Source: Micrococcales bacterium (GTDB taxonomy: Bacteria > Actinomycetota > Actinomycetes > S36-B12 > UBA10799). Taken from it: 64,000 bases of DNA. Positions 20,153 through 31,300 of this stretch are shown in pieces. The position numbers and the translations under genes were made by a program. Every line of letters begins with the position of its first letter. Position 1 is the stretch's first letter. The DNA lies in contig JADKAV010000021.1 of the NCBI GenBank assembly GCA_016719135.1, positions 1,900 to 65,899 on the forward strand. The letters run 5' to 3'. The notes under the pieces were generated by a model that saw only the letters and a list, made by a program, of their open reading frames with translations, searched no databases and was not told the DNA's origin.

Positions 20153-21039
20153 ACTCGTGGCCGAGCAACAAGCCCCCGGATCTCGACCCGGACAACCCGA
20201 CACCGACCCCGGTGGATCCCGTGGTGATGGTCTTTCCCAGCCCCACCGGTTGCCGCATGATATCCGTGTACGAGAACGGCGCCCGCGCTGGAGATCCGTA
20301 CTTCGTCGCGGAGTTGACCGTGAGTGAGACCTCCGGAGTGGATCGTTACGCCATCGATGCCCTGATGGGTCTGACCTTCGACTTCGGGTACGACGCCACC
20401 GTCTCCCGACCGCGGATCACGATAGTGAGCATCTGGGCGAGCTCCGACGAGGTGGTGGACATCACCTACGCGGTGCCGACCTTCCGCTTCTGCCAGTACC
20501 ACTGCAGGCTGACCCCGGACTCGACCGAAATGCCCCGCTTCGGTGAATCGCACCCGGTGCCTCAGAGTGACCTGGTCTGGCCGTGGGAGGAGAACCCCGG
20601 GGGAGTGCCCCTCACCATGCACCTGCCCGCGGGCGTCATGGCCCCGGACGGCTCGATCACCCAGCAGGACGTCAATCAGATCACCGACGCCATGTGGGGA
20701 GATGCGATCTGGGGGCAATACTGGACCACCAGCAAGGCCAAGCCCGGCACCACGGTCAACGGGGAATGGATGCAGATGGTCGCCGACTTCGCTGTCGGCC
20801 TGATCCCGTGGGTGGGAGATGCCGTCGACGTCGCCGAGTTCGGCTACGCGATGTTCAGCGGCAAGGACCGCTGGGGTCGTCCGCTGACGAATTTCGACCT
20901 CGTCGTCCTCGGAGCCTGCGCTGCCCTGCCGTTCGTCTCCACTGGCATGGTCAAAGGTCTGGCCCATGGCCAGACGCATGAGTGTGGACGAGATCGTGAC
21001 GGACGCGGCGAGAGCACCGTTCGTGGCCCACGGTGGTGA
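20032..21039 (+). CDS. hypothetical protein segment D with a PT-TG-like pre-toxin module
   Basis: ORF 20032..21039. At 20779-20940 it encodes VADFAVGLIPWVGDAVDVAEFGYAMFSGKDRWGRPLTNFDLVVLGACAALPFVS. This matches, from memory, the pre-toxin TG (PT-TG) pattern of polymorphic toxins (..IP.VGD..D......G.D..tG..L...dr......lP.v). The last ~25 codons are Arg/Gly-rich and look out-of-frame. Confidence 0.5.
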   Translation: MVGMDHRQGAGPGARAELGRAHHARRPAPFPIALEPRPDLNSWPSNKPPDLDPDNPTPTPVDPVVMVFPSPTGCRMISVYENGARAGDPYFVAELTVSETSGVDRYAIDALMGLTFDFGYDATVSRPRITIVSIWASSDEVVDITYAVPTFRFCQYHCRLTPDSTEMPRFGESHPVPQSDLVWPWEENPGGVPLTMHLPAGVMAPDGSITQQDVNQITDAMWGDAIWGQYWTTSKAKPGTTVNGEWMQMVADFAVGLIPWVGDAVDVAEFGYAMFSGKDRWGRPLTNFDLVVLGACAALPFVSTGMVKGLAHGQTHECGRDRDGRGESTVRGPRW

Positions 21040-22348
21040 CGACTTCTGGGAGACGATGGCAAAACTCGTCGTGAACCCCAGTCGGCCGGGCACCGAGGAG
21101 GCGATCGATGCCGCCCGGGCGGGCAGCCGCCGTCTCCAGCAACTGCCCATTGCAGAACGACGACAGGTGATCCGTTCCATGCGGGTTGTCCTCGAACAGT
21201 GCAGCGAGGAGATCGCCTCGAAGGTGACCTCGCGGACGCTGGCACTCGGTGATCTGCTCAAGAATGACAACGAGTTCTGGGTGGCTCCGCTGCAGTGGCA
21301 TTACCAACGGTGGCGGCGGGCCCGCATCACCGCGGCCGAGAAGGCCGGGGCGTCGATCCCCACGGACATCAGCCCGGCCGACTACTGGCAGGCCTCCCGG
21401 GGCCGGCCGCGCGCGATGTTCGACTCGCTGCTGGGACTGACGCCGACCGAACAGGCCGCGCTGGCCAAGAAGAACGCGCTCAGCAGCAGCAAATGGGGAC
21501 CCGTGCCCACCGTCACCCGGGCCGGAGGTGTACGCGCGGCTTTCCTGGTCGGGCGCGTCGGCGACATCCTGGCTGCGGTCCCGGTGCAGCACCGACAGCG
21601 GATCGAGGCGCTGCTGGCCCGGCTGTCACCGGACGGCACTGCCGCGGGGATCGATGCCGCCGGCCTGCGCAAGCTCATGGGTGACAATGCGACCCTTCAC
21701 CCGGACGAGCTTGGAGCGCGCCTGGCCGGAGCGCTGGAGATCATGGTCGACGAGGCGGCGCAGGCCGGGGCGAACGTCGACGACCTATTGGCGCTAAACC
21801 GGGTCGAGGGCATCTTCAAGGAGATCGTGGTACTCAGCGGGCCCGGTTACCGGCAGCAAGCAGCGGAGATCTTCGTGATCGCCAAGGCGCTGGCCGATGG
21901 TGACGTGATCCGGATCCAGGAGGATCTGCTCACCGCGGCCGGCACGGTCGCCAAAGGCCCGGATGTGATCCGTTCCGCCGGTGGGGTGCCACAGATCGTG
22001 CAGGTCACGGCGCAGGTCTCGGTGGACGCGATACTGGGCTCCGGCAACAAGGTCATGAAGCAGTTCACCGACGACTTGCGGCGGGTGTACGACCAGTTCG
22101 GCGGCTTGCGACTTCCCTCGTTCGACGACCCGACGGTCATCGTGGACGCATCGACCGAGATCGTGTTCAAAGTCGACTTCGACTACCTGCTGCTCAACTC
22201 CCGCAAGACGGCCGACGACCTAGAGGACCAGTGGGTGGAGGACGCCTTCGTCCTCCAGCAACACCTCGAGGACTACATCGCGGCGATGGATCTTCCCGGT
22301 CCTGCGCTGACTGTGGTGGTTGAGGCGTTCCGGAGGACGGACCCATGA
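20966..22348 (+). CDS. hypothetical protein segment E (460 aa; possibly the C-terminal region of C-D-E)
   Basis: Intact 460-aa ORF in the same frame as segment C. ATG 20966 lies 74 nt inside segment D. Reading ..ALPFVSTGMVKGLA then ARRMSVDEIVTDAA.. across a 1-nt shift near 20960 is at least as plausible as a separate gene. No motif recognised. Confidence 0.6.
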   Translation: MARRMSVDEIVTDAARAPFVAHGGDDFWETMAKLVVNPSRPGTEEAIDAARAGSRRLQQLPIAERRQVIRSMRVVLEQCSEEIASKVTSRTLALGDLLKNDNEFWVAPLQWHYQRWRRARITAAEKAGASIPTDISPADYWQASRGRPRAMFDSLLGLTPTEQAALAKKNALSSSKWGPVPTVTRAGGVRAAFLVGRVGDILAAVPVQHRQRIEALLARLSPDGTAAGIDAAGLRKLMGDNATLHPDELGARLAGALEIMVDEAAQAGANVDDLLALNRVEGIFKEIVVLSGPGYRQQAAEIFVIAKALADGDVIRIQEDLLTAAGTVAKGPDVIRSAGGVPQIVQVTAQVSVDAILGSGNKVMKQFTDDLRRVYDQFGGLRLPSFDDPTVIVDASTEIVFKVDFDYLLLNSRKTADDLEDQWVEDAFVLQQHLEDYIAAMDLPGPALTVVVEAFRRTDP

Positions 22349-25300
22349 TCGTTCGCCTGATCGCAGACCTGTTCGCGCCGCTCATCCTGGCGATCACCGA
22401 CCGCGACGACCTCGAAGTACTGCTCGTAGATCTCGGGGTAAGCGTCACCGACGACTTCCCGGACGACCCGTTGGACGGTCTGCGGGCAGTCGCCCCGATC
22501 GGTGCCGTCGAGGACCTCGTGGACCTGATCGGTCCCCTGCTGGACGATCCCGAGGCGGACCTCGATGCAACCACGGTCGCGGCGGTTGTCGACGCCGCCG
22601 ATTCGTTGCTCACGGGGCTGCGAGACGTGGTCCCGGCCTCCGCGGCTCCGACGTGGTTGGACGCTGCCGAGCTTCAGGCCGCGCTGGAGAACCTGCCCGG
22701 CTATCTGCTCTACCGGTGGATCGAATCCCTGTCCCCGGTGACGGCAGCCGTTCTGGATCTCGCTGGCGCGGTGGATGTGATCGAAGCCTCTGGACGAAGG
22801 GTTCTTGACCACCAGGCGGTGGCGGCCTTGTTCGCGGATCCCATCGTGCACAGCGAGCAGATCTATCGCCCGGATGGTTCGTTGGACGCCAACCTCTTGT
22901 TGGGCAGGCTCTTGGTGGTCGCGCGGGCGGCGGGTCTGGAGCTCACCGGGGACGGGATTCAGGTGCCACCATGGCTCTGTACGACCCGCAGGACCGCGGA
23001 TCCGTCCAACTGCACGTGGCCGCGGAGGATCCGACCTGGTGCTGGTGGCCAACGTGGCCGGCCAACCGCGGACGTCGTTCGACGTGGCCGACTTCCTTCT
23101 GGTCACGCTGGAGGCCGATCGTTCGGTGTTACCCGGTGCCTCGCTGCGGGTGTCGGGTGAGGGTTTGGCCACCGTCGCACCGGTGGTGGGTTCACCGCGT
23201 CTCACCGCGCGGGCGGCGCTGACCTCCCCGGAGGAACCGTGGTCGTTGATCGGAAGCCGGCCCGGTACTCGCATCGAGGTCTCCAGCGTGAGTTTCGAGG
23301 CCGGCGTCCGTTTCGGGTCGCAGGCCGGTGTCCACGTCCTGCTCGAGGTTCCCACCGCGGGCATGTCTCTGACGATCGAACCCGGTGATGCCGACTCGTT
23401 CCTGGGATCAGTGCTGGGCGACACCTCGATCCGGGTGCCGTTCGACTTCTCCATGGGCTACGACAGCGCGACCGGATTGACTTCATCCGGGGGTCTCGGT
23501 GTGGCCTTCAAGGTGCCGTTGGCCCTGCGTCTGGGCCCCATCGAGATTGCTGGGCTGGACGTGGCAGCCGTGATCGACGGATCGACGCTCGCGGTCACCG
23601 CCACAGCCGACGTCCTGGGTTCAATCGGTCCCTTGTCGCTGGCCCTGTCCGGAATCGGGGCCGCTGCCAGACTCGACCTGGCTGCCGGTTCCGCGCCCCG
23701 GATCGGGTTCGAACCGCCGACCGGGGTCGGGTTGGGGATCGATCTCGGGGTGGCGAAAGGTGGCGGATTCCTCGACATTCACCCTGACGAGGGTCGCTAC
23801 GACGGTGTCATCGAACTCGAGGTGATCGCAGTCGGCGTCTCGGCGTTCGTCATCGTCGAGACTGACCCCTGACCTTGACAGCTGGTCGATGATGATGGCC
23901 CTCTTCATCCAGATCCCGGCCATCCAACTCGGGTTCGGTTTCGTTGTCCGGTCTGGGCGGTCTGGCGGGTATCAATCGTGGCATCGACGCCGACGCTCTC
24001 CGGTGATGCGGTGCGGTCAGGTCCCTGGACACGATCCTGTTCCCCAGACCCGATCGCGCAGGCACCGCTGATCATCGACACGCTGTCGTCCATCTTCCCG
24101 GTCGCCGACGGCCAGTACGTCTTCGGACCCGTGGTGAAGATCGGCTGGGGCACGCCGACCCTGGTCGACCTGAGCGTGGGCGTGGTCATCGAGGTGCCCG
24201 ATCCGATCCGCATAGCGATCATCGGGTCCGTCGCGGCGATCCTGCCGCGTCCGGAAATGCCACTGGTGGAGCTTCATCTCGACGTCGCGGGAGTGGTCGA
24301 TTTCGAGGCGGGAACACTGGCCGTCGACGCGAGCCTGCACCACTCGAGCATCATCGGGTTCAGTCTCGCCGGCGACATGGCACTGCGCGCCTCCTTCCGG
24401 GACGCGCCGTCGCTGCTGCTCGCCCTCGGCGGCTTCCACCGCGACTTCGAACCGCCCGCCGGGTTTCCCCGGCTCGCCCGGCTGTCGATCGGGCTGAACT
24501 CGGGGCCGCTGTTCCGGATCTCGTTCGACTGCTACATCGCGATCACGTCGAACACCGTGCAGTTCGGCGCCGCGTTCGAGATCGTGGCCGAAGTCGGCAG
24601 CTTTGCCATCGAGGGCGGCACCGAGTTCGACGCGCTCATCCGATTCAACCCGTTCGCTCTGACGCCGTCGATCGGGCTGTACATCTCGGTCAGTGCTGCT
24701 GGCTTCGACCTGATGGGCGTGTGGCTGTCGGGGCGACTGGAGGGCCCGAATCCATGGCACATCACCGGATTCGCGGAGTTCAAAAGCTCTCGGGATGAAG
24801 AAGCAGGTGAACGTCGACGAGATCATCGGCACACGGTCGGCCGAGATCACACCGGCGATCCCCGACGTGCTTGCGATGGTCATCAAGCGCTCGCGCTGGA
24901 CGGTGCCTGGACGGCCGCGGTCTCCGGCACCGATGGTGTCACGCTGCGGAGCGCATCCCAGACGAACGACGATCTGTAGGCCGGTCCGCGGGGCCGCCTG
25001 GAGGTGGGCCAGAACGTCGTTCCGCTCGGTGAACCACTGGAAGTACGGCAACGCCGGGGTTGCTGCACTCGAGTTCCGGTTGCGGCCCGGCGCAGGGCTG
25101 GCACTGACCGGAACTGTTCGCGACTTCGGTTCTCCCGGGTCACTACACATTTCAAACCGAAGGGCGACTTGCGGCGCCGTCGTTCGAATTGATGGATGCC
25201 GGGATCGTTCTCGGGGAGGCGCGGTGCGGTCCATCACGACCGACCCGGCTGGGGTTCGAGTCCATCCTGCTCGATACCGACCTCAGGCTTTCAGGCCCCT

Positions 25301-25506
25301 CCACCGGTGCGGTGTCGCCGGGGTCCGTCGTGCCGTTCGGTCGGGTGCAGGCACTCTGATCATCAGCCGATGACCACGGATTCCGGGCCACAGGTACCGA
25401 CACCTACGGTGTCGTCAGGCCCACCTTCGTCGTGGCTGGCGCCTTGAGCGGCAAAGGGTACCGAACCGGCCGCCAGCACCTTCCTTGCGGCTGCGACGCG
25501 GGTTGA
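22345..25506 (+). CDS. very large hypothetical protein F (about 1050 aa after repair), DUF6603-like; many frame breaks
   Basis: ATG 22345 overlaps the stop of E (ATGA). It is rebuilt from ORFs 22345..23160, 22971..23222, 22805..23872, 23889..24071, 23978..24979, 24795..25373, 25004..25192 and 25196..25447. Blocks: KGGGFLDIHPDEGRYDGVIELEVIAVGVSAFVIVET, IQLGFGF..SGLGGLAGINRGIDADALR, LDTILFP.PDPIAQAPLIIDTL, GGFHRDFEPPAGFPRLARL, ITSNTVQFGAAFE, APSFELMDAGIV. From memory these match DUF6603-type proteins (unverified). The 3' end is uncertain (25447-25529). Confidence 0.6.
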
Positions 25507-25545
25507 CCGTGGCCAGGTGATCGCCATGGCCGGGGAGAACGACCG

Positions 25546-28377
25546 ATGAGCGAATCCATTCAGTTCCTGCCGTGGTTCCGGACCGGGTTGGCCGCGACGA
25601 TCGAAGGTGACACCGGTGGTACCCCGGTGATGCTGTCCTTGGCGGTCGCCGTCGAGGCTGTCCGCGCCGACGATGGCGATACAGAGGTCACCGACCTTCC
25701 CGGGCGTTCGATCAGGTTGCACGGGCCGGGCGCGGTGACTGCCGTCCATGACGATCAGATCATCCGGCGATACCCCGAACCCGGTGCCACCGATCCGGAG
25801 CCCAACTACTTTTGCGCCGTCGAGTTCAGTAGCCCCGACTTCCCGTGGCGCTTCACGCCGGCCGCGCCTGATGCGGACAACCGGCTGCAACCGTGGCTGG
25901 CCCTGGTGGTGGTGGAGGACGTTCCCGGCGTTCTGCGTTCGGGGCCCTTCGGGCTGGACGTACTGCACATCGAGGATTCCGCACGTGAGCTGCCTCCCCC
26001 GGCAGACGTCTGGGCGTGGGCTCATGTGCAGGTAGATTCCGCCGACCCCGACGTCGATCCGGTGGCACTGTACGCGCGCAGTCCCGCAGCACTGCGCTCG
26101 CGACTGCTCTGCCCGCGCAGGCTCATCGCCGACCGGTCGTGGATCGCGTGTGTCGTTCCCACCTACGAGGCGGGCCGACTAGCTGGCCTGGGCATCGTCA
26201 ACAGCGGCGCCACGGGCCACGCCTGGCCCGCCACTGGTCCGGTGGAACTGCCGGTGTACCACACGTGGAGGTTCCGGACCAGCGAGCGCGGCGATTTCGA
26301 ATCGCTGGTGCGCCGATTGAGGCCGGTCGAACTGCCGCCGGCGGTCGGCGTCCGAGACCTCGACATCAGCCGTCCTGGAAGCGGACTGCCGGACGCGGAG
26401 GGCACGATTGTCAGCTTCGTCGGTGCGCTGGTCTCCCCCGCGGCCACCGCCCGGCAGTGGAGCCCCCGTCACCGCCGGCAGACCGCAGCGGCCCTGCGCG
26501 AGGTGCTCCGGGACGACGTACCGCAACCGGCCCCCGACATCGACTACGACCCGCTCCAGCACGACCCCGTGGTGCGTCCGGCGCTGTACGGGTCGGTCCA
26601 GTCGCAATGCACCAGCCTCGACGATTCGGCGCCGCGCTGGATGGAACAACTCAACCTGGACCCTTCGGTCCGGTCCGTGGGCAGGGTTGGAGCGGCCGTG
26701 GTCCGGCGTGATCAAGAGCAACTCATGGACGCGGCGTGGGAGGCGGCCAAGGGCCTTGAGGAGGTGAACCGGCGGCTGCGGGCGGCAACCCTGGCGCTCG
26801 AGGCCGGGACAGCGCTTCAGCACCGACTCGACGCACTGCCGGGCGAACGGCTCCTGCAGTTCGCTGGGCCCTCGCTGGCCCGTGTCGCGGGGGGCCGGGG
26901 TACTTTGCTGCGCGAACTCAAGCAGTCGATCTCCCCGACGCCGCCGGACTCGGCGCCTACCGGCGGATCGCCCGACCGCGCGGTCCCGTCTCGTGCGACT
27001 CGGTCTGCGTGATCCTGCCACCTCGGTCAACCGGCGGCTGCTGGACGCGCCCGGCGGGCCGATCACGCATCACGCCAGGAGTGGCGGTACCGGCCGGATG
27101 TGATGTGGCGGGACTCGAGCGGGACCTGCCCTCCGACGCCGACGATCCCGCGTTCGACATCGACCCGCAGATCCGTCGCTGGATCGATCCGGACAGCGAG
27201 GGGCTCACTGTGAGGCGGCTCGCGCAACCGACTCCGGAGGGCCCCGGTTTAAGCCAAAGCCGGGTCGTGGAGTGGAGGTGCTCGGCGTGCCCAGCCGCGA
27301 TCGAATGGTCGTGGCTGCGCGGACTCCGCCCGCGTCAGGCTGTCCGGACCCGCGAGCTGCGCCCGTCGGCCAGCGCCGCCACCCTCCAAAGCCGCGAGCC
27401 TGCGGACGTCAATCCGGCCATCGCCGCCCGGTTGCGCACGACGATCAAGCCCCTCCTGGCGCCTGGCGAACGGCCGTCCCAGCCGGATGTGGGCCACGCC
27501 GTCCTTCCCGCTGGCCCTGTACACGCGGGTCCAGGAACTCTCCATCAGTACCTGGTCCCCGGCGTGGGCGATATCCCGGACGAGTCCGTCGGGCTGCTCG
27601 AGACGAATCCCCGGTACGTGGAGTCGCTGCTCGTCGGTGCCAATCACGAACTCAGTCGTGAATTCCTGTGGCGCGAATACCCCGCGCAACTGCACGACAC
27701 CTGGTTCCAGCAGTTCTGGAACGCCCCCGCCCCCGACATCAACCCCATCGGTGAGTGGACACCGCACACGGAACTTGGGGCCAGACCGGCTCGACCAGGC
27801 CCGACCTGGTGATCGTCATCAAAGGGACGTTCCCCGCCGGTACCCCGACGTCCGCGTGTTCGCCGCCCGTGCCCAGTGGCGCCAGGAAAACGAGACAGGC
27901 CGGTGGTTCAGGGACGTGGCCGCCGACGCAGAGCAACGAGGGCCCTGTGCTGGCCGGCGAGTTGGCGCCTGGGATCGTCTTCTACGGTTTCGACCTCGAC
28001 GTCGATCAGGCTCCGGGGCGCAGCCCTAGGAACTGGCCTGGCGACCCGGGCTGGTTCTTCGTGCTGGAGGAACAGCCGCCTGGCATACGTTTCGGCCTGG
28101 ACAGCCGGACCGGGTCGGTGGGAGGTGCGGGGCAGGGTGTCGCGCCGGCCAGCTGGGATGACCTCACATGGGCCAATGTGGCATCGGCTGACGCGCAAGA
28201 GGCGCCGACGTTCATCGATCTCGCGGCTACTCCTGGCTTCGGAGCGCAGCGCTGCCAGGCGCAGGCGGCACCGATGAGTGGGGCACGGATGCTGCGGGGC
28301 AGGCCAGGATCACCGTTCAGCGTCCCGTGCAACTGAAGGTCCACGCGTCCGCGATGCTCGGTCAGGCGCACTCGTGA
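25546..28377 (+). CDS. very large hypothetical protein G (about 940 aa after repair); ~9 frame breaks in its 3' half
   Basis: ATG 25546 is preceded by GGGGAGAA. 25546-26940 is one clean frame (FLPWFRTGLA, IRLHGPGAVTAV, FSSPDFPWRFTPA, LQPWLALVVVED). The remainder is spliced from ORFs 26882..27103, 27009..27812, 27487..28029 and 27755..28336 plus a last frame ending at TGA 28375-28377 (..EWGTDAAGQARITVQRPVQLKVHASAMLGQAHS). Frames were chosen by hand-counted third-position G/C. Blocks: LLETNPRYVESLLVGANHELSREFLWREYP, DVPRRYPDVRVFAARA, GWFFVLEEQPPGIRFGLD. Confidence 0.6.
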
Positions 28378-31300
28378 TGCCGCCGGATCGTCCCAACGGC
28401 CCGGCGTCCGGTCCGGGGCCGCGACGGCGTGCCCGTCGGCGCCGGACCCCCGAACTCCGGGCATGCCGGGCGACCCCCGGGTGCCTGGAACTCCGGGCAT
28501 GCCGGGCGACCCGCGGGTGCCCGGACCGATTCCCGGCCGGGGACAACGGCCGATGCTGGATCGGATTCCGCCCGTGGAGTTGCGGCTACCTGACGCAGCG
28601 CCCCGTATCCCATCGCTGACCGGAAGCCTTGGCGGAATCGACCGGGAGGGGCTCGGGCTCTCACCAGACACACCGCTGTTGCTGCTGCCGGTCCGCCTGG
28701 AGACGAAGTACCGGCGCGCCAATCAGGAGCTTCGCATCCGGGTGTTCCCCGACCAGATCCATCTCGACAGCGACGACCCTGGACTGACCGCTCACGAGAT
28801 CGAAGCGGGAGGCTCGTTCTGGACCCAGTACGCAGGTGCGGACCAGACCACGCAGGAAGCCTTGTGGGTCGCGTTGTGCGAAGCGGTGGGTGAGAATCGC
28901 GCGGGCCATGTGGCACGAACCGTCCGTGCCGCACCTGGCCCGTTGTCGGCGCATGATGTCGACCCCCGGCTTCCACCGTTCTGCTGCCGCACCGTTGGAA
29001 CGTGCTGTGTTTCCAGGGCGACCAGTTGGTGCACAGCCAAGCCGGCGCGGTCATTGATCAGACGATCGAGGCGAGTCCGGATCCTCTGGCCGACACGGTC
29101 ACCCTCGACGCGAGCGGTCTGCAGGTGAGTCCCGCGACGGCCTGGATGTTCGACTGGGACACCGCGGTCGAGGTGGGCATGGCGATGAGCATCGATCTGC
29201 GGGAACTGGAGGGCGGACCCGCATTCTCCACAGTCCTTGTGCTCGGGCTGCGGCCCGGCGAGGATCCGCAGGCCGCCGCCGCCGAGTTCGCAGAAGTGCT
29301 GGAGATGCACGAGCGGTCCTCCGGGCTGGCATTCGTGCCCGATGGCACGGCGACGAACAACGTGCCGGACGAACCCGCCGGCTGGACCAGACACGATCGG
29401 CAGCTGCGCGCTGCGGTCAAGCCCGAGGCAACGGCATATGACGCGCTGGCCGGTCGCAACGCCGCAGTGCTCGCTCGCGCGCTCGGTCTGGCCGACCCGA
29501 CCTGCCTGGCACGGGCCAAGGGGTCCCGGCGAACCGACCGGCAAGACGCCGTGCTGATGAACAAAGCCTTGTACGAGCCCGTTCTTGGACACTACGTCGA
29601 CCGTCTGTTGGGCGACGGGGTGAAACCCGGTCTGGATCGCGCCGCCGAACTGGCGTTGCGCAAGCTGTTCATCGACGAGGTCGCTGGCGGCAGTCCCCTG
29701 CCCGCATTGCCGGATCGGCCCTCAGCCGTATGGCATCTTGCCGATAGGAATCCTGCCGCCCCCAGCGATGGCACCAGAGGTCACCTCGTGCGCATTCTCG
29801 ACCTGCTCGAGCCCGAGTGGCGCAGGTCCGTCGACAACGTCGTGCGCATCGACCCGAACGCGACCGACACGGTCATCGTCGAAGGTGACTCCGGGTCCCG
29901 AGCCGGTCGATCTCATCCCGGCGGTGCTGGCGTCGCAGCCGCATGCGGCGCGGGTGTTCAGCCGCACGTTCTACTCGCTCGACGATGATTTCTGGGCCTT
30001 CCTGAGCCCCCAGCGGCTGTATTCCTTCATGGTCGACACCTGGATTCCGCAGGAGCACCCCGAACTCGTGGATTACATCGCGGCCATACCGCAGGGCGCG
30101 ACGATCGACACTCAGATTTCCCTGTGGGAGTTCGCCAAATCGATCGTGGTCTCCGACGACGATCTCGACGACGGCATCGGCTTCGACATCCCGGCGCAGC
30201 GCAAGCAGAACGCGATAGACACCATCGACAGCGTTCTGCTGCTTCTCGGGGGCTGGGAGTTCAGGCAGCGCCCCCACCGCACGCTGGGTCTCCCGCGGTG
30301 GAACGGTGCTCTGGGACATCCGCACCCGCCACAACTCGTCGATGGTCGATACGGCACGGAGCAGGAGTGGTCCTCAGAATCCCTGATCGGCGCCGCAGAT
30401 GTGCCCGACCAGCACGCTCCGCCTGCCTATCTGGCCGACCTGGCGGCTCGGTTCTCAAGTGCGCCGGGATCTGCCAGCTCCCCTGCCGGCCGAGTTCGCC
30501 CACCCACCCCTGCTGTACCAGTTGCTCAGCCTCACAGAGGCCTCGATGGATGAACCCCGACGGCGCCAGGCGACTGCCAAGGCGATCACCGGCCTCGCCG
30601 CGATCGCCGGCCGTCCCGGAGGATCCGACCAGCTCGAGCGGCTCATGCTGGAGACGCTGGGTCTGGTCACCAACCGGCTGGACGCCTGGGCGACGTCCGT
30701 TCACACGTCGCGGTTGGCCGAGTTGCGGGGAGACGACGACCCGCCAGCGGGAGGGATCCACATCGGTGCCTATGGCCTAGTGTGCGACCTGGCGCCGAGT
30801 CCTGATCGTGGCAGCAACGGCTTCGTCCACGCCCCGTCCCTGTCACACGCCGCGACGGCCGCCGTTCTGAGGTCGGCCTGGCTGAGCCACGGCACGACCG
30901 CCGCCGACTCGGCGGCTGCAGTGGATGTGTCCTCCGCGCGAATCCGGACCGCGCAGTGGGTGATCGACGGCATCCGCAACGGGCAGTCGCTGGGTGAGTT
31001 GCTCGGGTATCGATTCGAGCGGCTCCTGCACGACACCGCGGCCAGCGGCGCGACCCTTGACATCCGGCGGCAGGTGATCGCGTTGCGCAGAGCCCGTCGA
31101 CGGTGTCGAACTGCTGGAGATGCGCGACCGGCTGGCGCTGGGGGGCCGGCTGGCCCCGGTCGCCGCACAGATACGCCGTGGCCTCGACGACATCGCCTGG
31201 GTGGCCGACGCGGTGGCCGACGCTGCTCTGTTCGACGGAACGCATCAGCTCCTGCAGGGGAACTCCGCGCGGGCCGCGGCGATGTTCGACTCCATGAGTC

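Noticed and set aside
19819-21270. 483-aa ORF on the minus strand opposite cluster segments C/D/E
   Set aside because: The product is Ser/Arg/Gly-rich and motif-free. The plus-strand frames give more protein-like sequence, with overlapping start/stop coupling to their neighbours. This rejection is less secure than the others because the sense genes are themselves unknowns.
25245-25280. tRNA-like T-loop sequence GGGGTTCGAGTCC
   Set aside because: The flanks cannot form the T-stem, acceptor or anticodon arms. The sequence sits inside the coding region of F (..GFESILLD..).
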